Shown: positions 29,054 through 38,618, numbered from the stretch's first letter. The stretch: DNA of 64,000 bases from an uncultured Gammaproteobacteria bacterium (GCA_964636275.1 CAZWRN010000003.1:4423-68422); one strand, 5' to 3'. Notes: generated by a model from the sequence alone, not told the origin. Translations and numbers: made by a program.

Positions 29054-31147
29054 CTAGTCGGGTGCTGCCTGAGCAGCAATTTTAGCCAATTCCTGTGCTA
29101 TCAGTGGGTGATTTTTTAGTTCTGGATCTTCCTGAAGCAATTTTCTGGCAGCTCCGCGAGTTTTTTCGATCAACTCTAAATCAGCAAATGAGGCAATTTT
29201 CAGATCAACTCGTCCGGACTGCTCTTTGCCAAAAATCTGACCACTCCCGCGAATTTTTAAGTCTAATTCAGCCAATTTAAGCCCATCACTAATCGTTTCC
29301 AGGTTTTTTAAACGGTTGTATACATCATTTTCTTCCACCCCAGAAAATAAGAAACAATATGATTGCTTGACTCCCCTGCCCACCCGACCTCGCAACTGAT
29401 GAAGTTGAGCTAAACCAAATCGTTCAGCATTTTCAATCAGCATAATAGTGGCATTTGGCACATCCACGCCCACCTCAATCACAGTAGTTGAAACCAAAAT
29501 ATCAAGTAAATGATTTTTAAAATCCTGCAGCACCTGATCTTTTTCTTTTGGTTTTAGCCGGCCATGCAATAACCCCATCCGTAAATCAGGAAAAATCTCT
29601 TTTTGCAGCCGTTCAAATTCATGAATAGCTGCTTTTGCAGAGGCCAGCGTTTCAGAGACCTCAATCAGTGGAGTAATAATATAGACCTGATCACCAGCTT
29701 TGACCTGTTTATGTAAAAAAGCATAGGCATCATCACGTTTTTTCTTCGGAATCACATGAGTTTTAATCTCCTGACGACCTTTTGGCAATTCATCTATAAT
29801 CGACAAGTCTAAATCCCCATAGAGTGTCAAAGCCACAGTTCTCGGAATAGGAGTAGCTGTCATGGTTAAAAAATGCGGCACTTTGGCTTTATTACGTAGT
29901 ACACTACGTTGCTCAACCCCAAATCGCTGCTGTTCATCAACTATAATCAGCCCGACATTTTCAGTTGACAATTTATCAGACAACAAAGCATGAGTACCAA
30001 CGATCACCTCGGGATTCCTATCATTTGATACTTTTGATACTTCTGATATCTTTCCCCCCTTCTTCTTAGTAAACTTCTTCGACCCTGTATACAACCCGAC
30101 ATAAATACCATAAGGCTCTAGCAAACGCTGTAAATTGGCCTGGTGCTGAAAAGCCAAAATTTCTGTTGGGGCCATGTACATCGAGCGAAAACCATTCAGA
30201 TGTGCAATATACGCTATCACAGCTGCCACCACAGTTTTACCAGAACCCACCTCTCCCTGAACCAGACGGTTCATAGGTTGTTCTCGACTTAAATCTTCAC
30301 CTATTTCAGAAATCACCCGTAACTGAGCATTAGTTAAACTAAAAGGTAAATTAGCGATAAAATCGGCAATCTGAGCTTTATCTACTTTAAAAGGGCTGGT
30401 CAGAGGCTTTTTTTGCCATTCCAGGCGGGTTTTTGCAGTAGCTAGCTGAATATAGAAGTGCTCATCAAAACCAAGTCTATCGCGGGCTTTTTGAGCCATT
30501 TTTAAAGTTTCTGGCTGATGAATTGTTTTAATGGCCTCTTTCAAGCTCAGCATCTCTCCCCGGATATCGTCTGACAATGGATCCTGAATTTCCTCGATCA
30601 CTTGAGGCAAAAAGAGATTGATCTTCGTCCGAAGCCATTTGGAAGACAATCCTTCAGTTTCCGGATAGACCGCCACCAATCTACCGGTATGTAAACTCTC
30701 CTTCTCAAGCTGATGACTGACGACTGACGACTGCTGACTTAAAACATCCAGTTTTTCCCAAACCGGAGCAATGATCGACAACTTATTTTTATATTTACTA
30801 AGCTTTCCTGAAATCTGCAGTCTATCCCCCACCTTAATCGATTTAATCAAAAACTGAGAATTAAACCATGTCAACTGAATTGGTACTGTCCCATCATTAA
30901 AAACAGCCATTGTCAGAATCTTGCGGGTTTTGGTGTAAATATTGCGAATCGACCAAATCTCACCCTGTAGGGTGACTTTTTCTCCTACCTGAGCTTCTAA
31001 GCTGTTTGTCACATTGGAAAAATCATCGTAACGAAAAGGAAAGTGATAAATCAGATCCTTGACCGATAAAAGGCCTAAATTTTCCAATCTTTTGGCAAAA
31101 GTATAGCCAATACCACTGATGGAAGATAAATAAGTATCAAGCTGCAT
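29054..31147 (-). CDS. recG: ATP-dependent DNA helicase RecG
   Basis: N-terminal wedge domain and SF2 helicase motifs (GEVGSGKT, DEQQRFG). Confidence 0.9.
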   Translation of the reverse strand: MQLDTYLSSISGIGYTFAKRLENLGLLSVKDLIYHFPFRYDDFSNVTNSLEAQVGEKVTLQGEIWSIRNIYTKTRKILTMAVFNDGTVPIQLTWFNSQFLIKSIKVGDRLQISGKLSKYKNKLSIIAPVWEKLDVLSQQSSVVSHQLEKESLHTGRLVAVYPETEGLSSKWLRTKINLFLPQVIEEIQDPLSDDIRGEMLSLKEAIKTIHQPETLKMAQKARDRLGFDEHFYIQLATAKTRLEWQKKPLTSPFKVDKAQIADFIANLPFSLTNAQLRVISEIGEDLSREQPMNRLVQGEVGSGKTVVAAVIAYIAHLNGFRSMYMAPTEILAFQHQANLQRLLEPYGIYVGLYTGSKKFTKKKGGKISEVSKVSNDRNPEVIVGTHALLSDKLSTENVGLIIVDEQQRFGVEQRSVLRNKAKVPHFLTMTATPIPRTVALTLYGDLDLSIIDELPKGRQEIKTHVIPKKKRDDAYAFLHKQVKAGDQVYIITPLIEVSETLASAKAAIHEFERLQKEIFPDLRMGLLHGRLKPKEKDQVLQDFKNHLLDILVSTTVIEVGVDVPNATIMLIENAERFGLAQLHQLRGRVGRGVKQSYCFLFSGVEENDVYNRLKNLETISDGLKLAELDLKIRGSGQIFGKEQSGRVDLKIASFADLELIEKTRGAARKLLQEDPELKNHPLIAQELAKIAAQAAPD

Positions 31148-31179
31148 GGAGCGATTATACTATGAGAAAAAAAATAAGT

Positions 31180-31275
31180 TTAATAAACACCAAAAAGCGG
31201 TAGCATTGAGAACATCAGAATTGCGATCACTCCAATGACTGACAAAACTATAAATATTGGCCGATACTTGGTCAT
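31180..31275 (-). CDS. candidate 31-aa single-TM micro-protein (MTKYRPIFIVLSVIGVIAILMFSMLPLFGVY) 32 nt upstream of recG
   Basis: ATG...TAA ORF found by manual translation; not in the ORF track because it is under 60 aa. Fully hydrophobic core. Confidence 0.25.
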   Translation of the reverse strand: MTKYRPIFIVLSVIGVIAILMFSMLPLFGVY

Positions 31276-31330
31276 TAATTTATCCACATATATATTCTAC
31301 ATTGATTTTTAGATAAAAAAAAGCTAGAGT

Positions 31331-31654
31331 GTGAGCATGTTTGCAGGCGATAGAACTTCAGAACATCATTGGATCCCACGCAAACAACGAAAACCACTGA
31401 TTCCTTCATGGTCAGAAACACATAGACTTTTTTATCTTCGAGCGACATCTGCAATTATAGGTGCAGGAGCTGCATATGAAACAACAAAAGTTTTGAATAC
31501 TTTCAACAAGCTTTTGATAGGTCAATTATTTCCTGATAACTTAGAATTTCTTTCAAGATTCGAACCGACTGGTTTGGGATTATCCGTTCTAGGTGGAGCT
31601 TTAGCCGGGTACACAGTTTACGAAATAGCCCGAAGACACAATACTACTTCCTAA
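31331..31654 (+). CDS. hypothetical protein (107 aa)
   Basis: ORF only; overlaps the tyrS 3' end by 11 nt; no recognisable family. Confidence 0.3.
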   Translation: MSMFAGDRTSEHHWIPRKQRKPLIPSWSETHRLFYLRATSAIIGAGAAYETTKVLNTFNKLLIGQLFPDNLEFLSRFEPTGLGLSVLGGALAGYTVYEIARRHNTTS

Positions 31655-32747
31655 TCAGACTTTCCAATTTTTCTAGCGCCGCTTTTCTATCGGGTTGTTC
31701 AAAATACTTTCTGGCCGGTTCCAATTTATTGATCAACCACTCGGCAACAGCCATTTTCAGATCCTGAGGATGAAGCATTTTAGAAGCATAATCTTTTTCC
31801 AGTGCTTCATAGTCGGTGTATTCTAAATTACCTCCCCATTTTTCCGGACGATTAATTACAAATGAAGTTGGACTGTAAAAAATTAAATGTTTCACCCAGT
31901 CTAGAATTGGATTAAATTCAACTACACCCTCTGGCGCATAGGCTGCATTAATTTTACGTTTAATCTCAGCAGGATCATCATGGATAAAAATAGCACTATC
32001 TGGCTTGGATTTACTCATTTTCGCGGCCTCCATATCCATCTCTTCTTTGCCAGTATCCGGATTTTTAGTCAAAACAGGTGCTAACAGACCTTGTAACAAA
32101 TGCGCATGCAGCCCTACTGGCTTTTTATATCCAAGCTCATTTGCTGCTTCCCTGGCGACAATATGAACATTACGCTGATCTGTTCCTGCATGAGCTAAAT
32201 CAATATCCATCATAAATATATCGGCCGATTGCATCGAAGGGTATATCAACATCGCTGAATCTGTCACTTCTGACTCTTTTCGTCCCATTATCGTAGTAGA
32301 TCGAATCATTCGAGACAAGGTCGTTGCTTTGGCTACTCTAACTACTGTGGCCCAATAATCTGATCCCATTTTGTCATAGAGTTCACTACCTAAAATAAAT
32401 TTAATTTTATCTGGATTTGCTCCAACACATAAAGCTCCGGCTTTAAACGCTTCGATCAGGTAATTTTTCCCAATCCAGGTAGCAGTTTCCAGCTTTCCAT
32501 CAAGTTTTTTATTGAGCCAGGCATGCCAATCAGCAATAAAAACGATAGTATGGACACCGGCATCCTGCAGATCTTTAATTTTCATCAGGGTATACAACCC
32601 CTGGCCAATGTGGAGTTTACCTGATACTTCATACCCAATATAGTGTCTCAGCTCTTTACCAGAATCAACCAAAGCACTAAGTTCTTCTTTAGTTAAAGTT
32701 TCCTCCAAATTTCTGGTGATCAGATCAATTTTTTCTTCATTCGTCAT
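31644..32747 (-). CDS. tyrS: tyrosyl-tRNA synthetase, archaeal/eukaryal type
   Basis: Recalled resemblance to Methanocaldococcus TyrRS (GYEVSGKLHIGQ ... IADWHAWLNKK ... KMSKS ... NRPEKWGGNL), not computed. It is not the bacterial TyrS type. Confidence 0.85.
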   Translation of the reverse strand: MTNEEKIDLITRNLEETLTKEELSALVDSGKELRHYIGYEVSGKLHIGQGLYTLMKIKDLQDAGVHTIVFIADWHAWLNKKLDGKLETATWIGKNYLIEAFKAGALCVGANPDKIKFILGSELYDKMGSDYWATVVRVAKATTLSRMIRSTTIMGRKESEVTDSAMLIYPSMQSADIFMMDIDLAHAGTDQRNVHIVAREAANELGYKKPVGLHAHLLQGLLAPVLTKNPDTGKEEMDMEAAKMSKSKPDSAIFIHDDPAEIKRKINAAYAPEGVVEFNPILDWVKHLIFYSPTSFVINRPEKWGGNLEYTDYEALEKDYASKMLHPQDLKMAVAEWLINKLEPARKYFEQPDRKAALEKLESLIRK

Positions 32748-32785
32748 AGGGATATCTTACGTTCTAGGCTGTAAAAAGACAAGCT

Positions 32786-33463
32786 TTAAGGCAAAGTAGT
32801 AAAGGTATTATCTCCTGAAGTTGTGGAGTTATTGGCATTATCTTTAGATGTGACCCTGAAATGATAAGTTGTATTTGGCTCTAAATCAGTAATTTCCAGT
32901 GAATGAGAACTTTTTTTGTCACTGCTATCTTTATTGGAACTATAGGAAGTATCTTTCCCGTACTCGACTTTACTATCTGAGTCTTCATTGGTCTTCCATT
33001 CAATAGTGACCTTATTATTTCCAATGTTTACCGATTTTATCTCTGACAAAACCGGGCCACTAGTATCGGTATTTGAAGGCGAATTACTTGGACTGGGGCT
33101 TGGGCTGGGACTAGGTGAAGGTAAAGGACTGGGTGACAATGATGGTGACACTACAGGGCTTGGAGATATCTTAGCTGTTGGAGAAGGTGACTGAGTAGGT
33201 ATACTCTGTGGTTTATCCGGCCCTATAGCAGCCGCCTGTTCAGATATGATTCCTGGTTGCTGGGTTTGAGAATTTTTTGATTGCGCTCCTAAAACAGAAG
33301 CATAATCAGTAGGAGTGGGACTGGGTAAACCCTGAGGTGTATCAGATCCCATAGAAGCTAGAAACACGACCAAACCAAAAACAGACAAAATTGCTGCTGT
33401 TATTGCTACAGAATAGATATATATATTGCTATTTTTTAGTTCGCTCTTTAACTGATTCCACAT
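32786..33463 (-). CDS. membrane-anchored Pro/Ser-rich protein with a C-terminal fibronectin-III-like domain
   Basis: N-terminal TM segment, (SP)n low-complexity linker, then an FN3-like region (TIEWKT...YHFRVTSKDNANN). Confidence 0.6.
   Translation of the reverse strand: MWNQLKSELKNSNIYIYSVAITAAILSVFGLVVFLASMGSDTPQGLPSPTPTDYASVLGAQSKNSQTQQPGIISEQAAAIGPDKPQSIPTQSPSPTAKISPSPVVSPSLSPSPLPSPSPSPSPSPSNSPSNTDTSGPVLSEIKSVNIGNNKVTIEWKTNEDSDSKVEYGKDTSYSSNKDSSDKKSSHSLEITDLEPNTTYHFRVTSKDNANNSTTSGDNTFTTLP
33060..33180 (-). repeat. SPSPSP-encoding low-complexity nucleotide repeat
   Basis: Reiterated gg(a/g)ct(g/a)gg units on the + strand. Confidence 0.6.
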
Positions 33464-33534
33464 CAGAGGTATTCTACCAAAAAAATCCCGCCGTATCAGG
33501 CGGGATTTTAAATAATTTCTGCTGAATTTTTCAG

Positions 33535-33741
33535 CTATTTTTTAGCGCAGATTTTACATTCAGATTTATGAGTCATCAGTACATACACACCTGAAGCGCC
33601 AACTAAAAGATATACAATACTCTCCAAACCAGGCATTCCACCCAGCAACATATTTACTAAATTGTAGCCCAAAGCAGTCAGACCCCAGTTGATAGCACCA
33701 ACTGCAGTTAAAAGGAAGGCAACCATATGCAGCATTTTCAT
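33535..33741 (-). CDS. DUF378-family small membrane protein
   Basis: LLTAVGAINWGL ... LVGASGVY two-TM pattern. A strong AAGGAGGTGA Shine-Dalgarno sequence lies 7 nt upstream. Confidence 0.7.
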   Translation of the reverse strand: MKMLHMVAFLLTAVGAINWGLTALGYNLVNMLLGGMPGLESIVYLLVGASGVYVLMTHKSECKICAKK

Positions 33742-33832
33742 TACTCATCACCTCCTTATTCAACTATAGTTCGGCCCTCTAAAACAAGTCAATAGCAGGC
33801 CCCCTTCCCCCTACCAAATCCCACAAAATACT

Positions 33833-33859
33833 AGCTACTAGATACCAGCTACTAGATAC
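33833..33859 (+). promoter_or_regulatory. tandem direct repeat AGCTACTAGATAC x2 in the divergent region upstream of the small Cys ORF
   Basis: Exact 13-mer repeat separated by 1 nt. Confidence 0.3.
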
Positions 33860-33873
33860 TCTATACTTCACTC

Positions 33874-34062
33874 ATGTGTTACAACTGCGGATGCCATATG
33901 CCAGAAGACGATATGGGACTTGGCTCGGCCGGTAAAGACCCTAAAGGTAAATCCATAACCGAAGAAACTTTCAAAGCAGCAGCTGAATCTCAGGGAATGA
34001 CCGTTAAAGAAGCAAAAGAAGAAACTTTAAAATTACTTAAAAAAGAGCTTGGTTATAAATAA
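33874..34062 (+). CDS. small Cys-motif protein (MCYNCGCH..., 62 aa)
   Basis: N-terminal CxxCxC, then a charged helical tail. No Shine-Dalgarno sequence, so coding status is uncertain. Confidence 0.3.
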   Translation: MCYNCGCHMPEDDMGLGSAGKDPKGKSITEETFKAAAESQGMTVKEAKEETLKLLKKELGYK

Positions 34063-34083
34063 TATTTCAAACCCTCGCCTGTT

Positions 34084-35169
34084 CTATTCTATATCGCAGC
34101 GGTTCTCACGATAGTTTTTGGTATATCCGATATTACAACTCCAACCATCTGTGTTCATCTCTAAATGCGCATTGTCTGGTAAACTTACTTTCCGGCAAAC
34201 TTGAGAACCAAAATCTTTGATATATCCTAATTTACAAGTCCAAGAGCTTCCTTGCCAGACTATATGCTCAGTCGTAAACTTCTCACATTTATCACCTTTT
34301 CTGATATAACTACTAATACAACTCCAGCCATCAATCGATGAATTATCAAGTCTCGCATTTTCAGGGACTACGACCTTCACACACTTTCTAAGCTCTTCAT
34401 TTCGTTTATAGCCTGATTCACAGTAAAACTGGCTCCCATGTTCATAAAATGTGCCATGCTCAACTACTTCTACTTTGACGCATCGATCACTTTGTTTATC
34501 GTATCCGGGATCACACTCAAATCCTTCTGCGGTGACTTGACCATAATGCGGTACAAAGATTGATTCACAGCTATTTTTTTCACGATTTTTCACAAAACCT
34601 TTATTACATTGCCAATCATTACCTAAATACGTCAAATGAGCATTAGCAGGGATTTCAAACTTTTTACATTCACTCCCCTCTTTTCTAAATTGATTGTTAC
34701 AGTACCAGTCAAAACCCTGGTCAAAAAATTTAGCATCCTTAGGCAGTTCAACTTTGACACATTTGTCTTCAATTCTCTGATAAGTAGCTATACACGTCCA
34801 ATCATTACCAGTCGCTTCAAGCACCGCATTTTCTGGCAATCTTAATTCGTTACACTGATCATTTTCTCGGATATAGCCCCGTTCACAAACAAAATCATCA
34901 CCTGAATAATTAAGTTTAGCATGCTCTGGAATCACTACTTTTTGACATAGATTTTGAGAAGCAATTTTTTTATACCCTACCTGACAGAGCCAATCTGTTT
35001 TTTGAGAGTTTAAAACACCATTCTCCGGTATGTTTATCTTTTCACACTCCCCACTCGCAAAGTTAAACTTTTGCTCCGAAGGACAGCTGACAGCGAAAGT
35101 AGGATGAGGAAATATAAAATTTATAACGACAATAAAAATTATAATAGTTATATTTAGTAAGTAATTCAT
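34084..35169 (-). CDS. secreted Cys-rich tandem-repeat protein (about 10 repeats of 31-33 aa, two Cys each), translationally coupled to the RND pump gene
   Basis: Signal-peptide-like N-terminus (MNYLLNITIIIFIVVINF). Repeats follow the pattern C-x-K/E-V-x-I/L-P-x-N/H-A-x-L-x5-DW-x-C-x2-GY. The ATG overlaps the RND stop codon (ATGA). Confidence 0.7.
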   Translation of the reverse strand: MNYLLNITIIIFIVVINFIFPHPTFAVSCPSEQKFNFASGECEKINIPENGVLNSQKTDWLCQVGYKKIASQNLCQKVVIPEHAKLNYSGDDFVCERGYIRENDQCNELRLPENAVLEATGNDWTCIATYQRIEDKCVKVELPKDAKFFDQGFDWYCNNQFRKEGSECKKFEIPANAHLTYLGNDWQCNKGFVKNREKNSCESIFVPHYGQVTAEGFECDPGYDKQSDRCVKVEVVEHGTFYEHGSQFYCESGYKRNEELRKCVKVVVPENARLDNSSIDGWSCISSYIRKGDKCEKFTTEHIVWQGSSWTCKLGYIKDFGSQVCRKVSLPDNAHLEMNTDGWSCNIGYTKNYRENRCDIE

Positions 35170-38100
35170 TTGCGAGCGGGTGCTTTGGGAGCAAAGATCA
35201 AATAATAAACCACGGGGATGAAAAACAACATTATAGTTCCAGAGAAAGTTAAACCCGCGATGATCGCTCCTCCCAAACCTCTCCACAGAGGATCCGAGAT
35301 AGTTATTGGAATCAGTCCAGCAATGGTACAGACTGAAGTTAAAGCAATTGGCTCAAGTCGGGAGGCTGCTGCATCAGCAACCGACTCTGAAAACTCCATA
35401 CCAGATTCCTGATTGATCAAAATCTTATCAACCACCAAGATCGAATTTTTCACCACTATTCCGAATAAAGCTAAAATACCGATCAAAGCTGGGAATGACA
35501 GCGGAATCTGAGCCATTGCAAAGATAATAAATACACCAGATATAGAAAGTGGGATAACAAGCATGACTATCAATGCCCGTCTAAAAGATTTAAACTGCAG
35601 CACCATCGTGATAATAATCAGTAAAAATGACAAAATCATCGCTCGTAGTATCGAGTTTACGGATTCCTGATTTTCTTCATTCACCCCACCGGTAGCCCAA
35701 CCATATCCAGTCGGTAAATTGAGTGAGTTCGCATACTCTTCTAGTTTGGTGTTAATATCAGCTAGCACATATCCTTCTTGAACACCAGCTGAAACAGAGA
35801 TCGTTCTTTTACCATCTTCTCGAGTAATCAACGTTGGATTGGTAGCAAGCTCCAGTTTACCCAAAGCTGAAAGATGCACTGTTCCACCGGTTTGGGTTGG
35901 AATAACAAGTGTTGTGATATCTTCCACAGTTTGGGTTCCAGATCCCAAACGGATAGTGACATCTTCAGTCAGATCTTGGTCACCAGAAAACTTTAGCTCA
36001 TCTGCCTCAAAACCAGAGGCATACAATCGTAGCCAAAAACCAAGCTGATCAACCGTGATATTATTTTCAGCCAGCTTAGCTCGATCTGGTACAAAAGTCA
36101 GCTTACTCGTGCCTGGTTTAATGGATTTATTGATATTATTTACACCAGCTTGCTGTGACAAATAATCCTGAATACTGTTGGCGTATTGATCCAGTGTCTT
36201 CAGATCCGGTCCAAATAGCTTGATCTGTAAATCTGCACCAGCTGGTGGACCTCCTGAAATCTCCTGAACAGAAAGAGTACCTTTAGTATAATCTGCAAAG
36301 TTATTGCGCAAATGTTGGGCTATCTCGGCGGAAGTCTGATCACGCTCTTCATATAAAGCCACTGAATAAAGGAAACTGTTTGCTCCTGACCCAGACGGCC
36401 CACCGAAATCAGCTCCATAACCTCTCCCAAGCTCCAACGTAACGGTTTCCATGGCCGGAGTAGATTTAAACCGCTCCAACAATCCCAGAGCCTCTTGTTT
36501 TGCAGTCTGAATATTTGTTCCAGAAGGCAGCTCTACTGATACGTAAATGGTATTTTCATCTGAGCCTGGGAAAAATTCTGACTTTACTAGACCGAGTGGA
36601 ACCAAAGCATATGAAAATAGTGAAAAGATAACCACCATAATTATGGTGTTTCTTCTGGCTTTTTTAGAGACCAGGATCCGATGAATAAGTTTGTTGTAGG
36701 AACGTTCGATCCCATGGAAACTAATTAATCCATTGTCCATCACCTGACTAAGTCGAGCTTTAGCACCAGGTGAGCGTAGAAAACCTTTGGTGAGTGCTCC
36801 AAGTAAAGCATCCCGTACCAGATACACAATCAAAACAAATGCCACCAACACAATCAGCTGTGGTACTAGCAAAGTTCCTTTGGGAATCAGGAAGTAAAAA
36901 CCGGCAACTATGCCCAGCAACAACAATACTCGAGTTAGTACTACGACTCGAAAAGGTATTTGCGGCTTCAACAGGAAGATCATTAAAGGCAAAATAATAA
37001 ATAAAGCCACAAAAATTGAAGCAATCAGGGTCGCCGATACGATAATAGGGATTGGTTTAATAAACTCACCAATGATTCCGGTTGAAAGAAGCAACGGAAT
37101 AAATGCCCAAACGGTCGTAATCGTGGTAGTTAAAATAGCTACCCAAAAATCTTTCCATACCAACAATCCGGTTTGCAAAGGGGTAAATTTACCTGAACGG
37201 TAATAAGCTGTCATAGCTGAAATCACCACGATTGCATCATCTACCAAAAGTCCTAGCGACAAAAGAAGTGAAAAAGTAGCCAAAAATGACAAAGCAATCC
37301 CAGTAAACTGCATGACAACAAAGGTGATTAAAAAGGTCAGTGGAATAGATAACATTGAAACAAATGCCTGCCTGATACCTAGGAAAAGCAAAAGAACAAT
37401 AAATACTAGTGTGATCACAATTGTGATATCACGCTGCAGATGATCAAAAGATTCGTCCACCTGTTCAGCAGTATTTACGATAGTAAAAACCTGAAAACCA
37501 TTACCACTGTGCGCCAATTTTTCCTTTACTTTTTCTTCAGCCTCTTTATTGGCTACATCAAAATTAACCCCTGAAACTCGATACACGGAAAAGGTCACTG
37601 CCGAACTTACTTCATGATCATGCAGCAAGAAAGACTCTGTTTGGTCTGGTTTTGAGATCTCCCTAATCTCAGCAATTTCTACCAATGACACAACTTGGCC
37701 ATCTAAATTAACTTTGGTTTCACGCAGCTGATCAATCGAACTGACCGCAGGATCAATAGTCAAAGAAAATATAGAGTTATCAGTTTTTACATTTCCTGCA
37801 GGATATGAACTAATCGAGCTTTTAATTGCTCCCATTAAAACCTGTGGGTTGACTCCATAAGTTGTAATTGCCGTGGGCTTAACTACGATCTGAACCTCTT
37901 GTTCATCAAGTCCGGTGATCTCAACATTATCAATACTGGCTAGATCTTCCAGCTCTTTCTGCAAATCTCGAGAAAATCGGATCAGACTTCCCCGATCTTT
38001 AGCTCCTGCCAAAGAAAACGTCCAAATAGGTTGATTTTCAAAATCAAGTTTTTGAACATTTGGATCCAAAGCATCTTCTGGTAAGTCGCCAACTGCATCC

Positions 38101-38489
38101 ACTGCCGACTGCACATCTGATTTAGCTTTATCAGCATCATATCCAGATTCAAATTCGATTTGAACTACAGATGCAGATTCACGAGATGTTGAAGTTACCG
38201 TCTTTACTCCATCTACACCTCTCACTGCATCCTCTACCGGTACAGTGATCAGTGATTCAATATCAGCTGGATTTGCTCCCGGTAATACAGTGGAAATAAT
38301 AACAATCGGTATCTTAATTTCTGGATTGAGGGTTCGCGGTAGAGCAAAGTAGGCCTGGGTACCAAAAGCAATAACACCCAAGACGATTAATACCAAAAAT
38401 CGGAGGTTGGTTAGATAACTGGCAACCCACCCAGCTAGCAACCTTGGATCAAATTTGAGTTTGCTTAAATACGTTGATGCAGTATCCAT
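35166..38489 (-). CDS. RND-superfamily efflux transporter (AcrB/HAE-like, 12 TM)
   Basis: 1107 aa, the typical 2 x (1 + 5 TM) topology, and large periplasmic loops. Confidence 0.9.
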   Translation of the reverse strand: MDTASTYLSKLKFDPRLLAGWVASYLTNLRFLVLIVLGVIAFGTQAYFALPRTLNPEIKIPIVIISTVLPGANPADIESLITVPVEDAVRGVDGVKTVTSTSRESASVVQIEFESGYDADKAKSDVQSAVDAVGDLPEDALDPNVQKLDFENQPIWTFSLAGAKDRGSLIRFSRDLQKELEDLASIDNVEITGLDEQEVQIVVKPTAITTYGVNPQVLMGAIKSSISSYPAGNVKTDNSIFSLTIDPAVSSIDQLRETKVNLDGQVVSLVEIAEIREISKPDQTESFLLHDHEVSSAVTFSVYRVSGVNFDVANKEAEEKVKEKLAHSGNGFQVFTIVNTAEQVDESFDHLQRDITIVITLVFIVLLLFLGIRQAFVSMLSIPLTFLITFVVMQFTGIALSFLATFSLLLSLGLLVDDAIVVISAMTAYYRSGKFTPLQTGLLVWKDFWVAILTTTITTVWAFIPLLLSTGIIGEFIKPIPIIVSATLIASIFVALFIILPLMIFLLKPQIPFRVVVLTRVLLLLGIVAGFYFLIPKGTLLVPQLIVLVAFVLIVYLVRDALLGALTKGFLRSPGAKARLSQVMDNGLISFHGIERSYNKLIHRILVSKKARRNTIIMVVIFSLFSYALVPLGLVKSEFFPGSDENTIYVSVELPSGTNIQTAKQEALGLLERFKSTPAMETVTLELGRGYGADFGGPSGSGANSFLYSVALYEERDQTSAEIAQHLRNNFADYTKGTLSVQEISGGPPAGADLQIKLFGPDLKTLDQYANSIQDYLSQQAGVNNINKSIKPGTSKLTFVPDRAKLAENNITVDQLGFWLRLYASGFEADELKFSGDQDLTEDVTIRLGSGTQTVEDITTLVIPTQTGGTVHLSALGKLELATNPTLITREDGKRTISVSAGVQEGYVLADINTKLEEYANSLNLPTGYGWATGGVNEENQESVNSILRAMILSFLLIIITMVLQFKSFRRALIVMLVIPLSISGVFIIFAMAQIPLSFPALIGILALFGIVVKNSILVVDKILINQESGMEFSESVADAAASRLEPIALTSVCTIAGLIPITISDPLWRGLGGAIIAGLTFSGTIMLFFIPVVYYLIFAPKAPARK

Positions 38490-38618
38490 ATGTTTAAAAA
38501 ATTCGAAATCCTAACTTCTAAATTCGAAACAATATCTAAATTCAAAATTAAAAACCTTTTGTCTTGATTTATTATTTCTAATTTTTCGGATTTCGTGATT
38601 CTAATTTCGAATTTATAC
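38490..38618 (-). repeat. intercistronic octamer-repeat element (TTCGAAAT/TTAGAAAT/TTTGAATT) between the MFP and RND genes
   Basis: In mRNA sense it ends ...TTTCGAATTTAGAAGTTAGGATTTCGAATTTTTTAAAC-ATG. Confidence 0.6.

Noticed and set aside
33566-33763. 65-aa ORF in an alternative frame over the DUF378 gene.
   Set aside because: The DUF378 frame has a strong Shine-Dalgarno sequence and a recognisable family. The alternative frame is an artefact.
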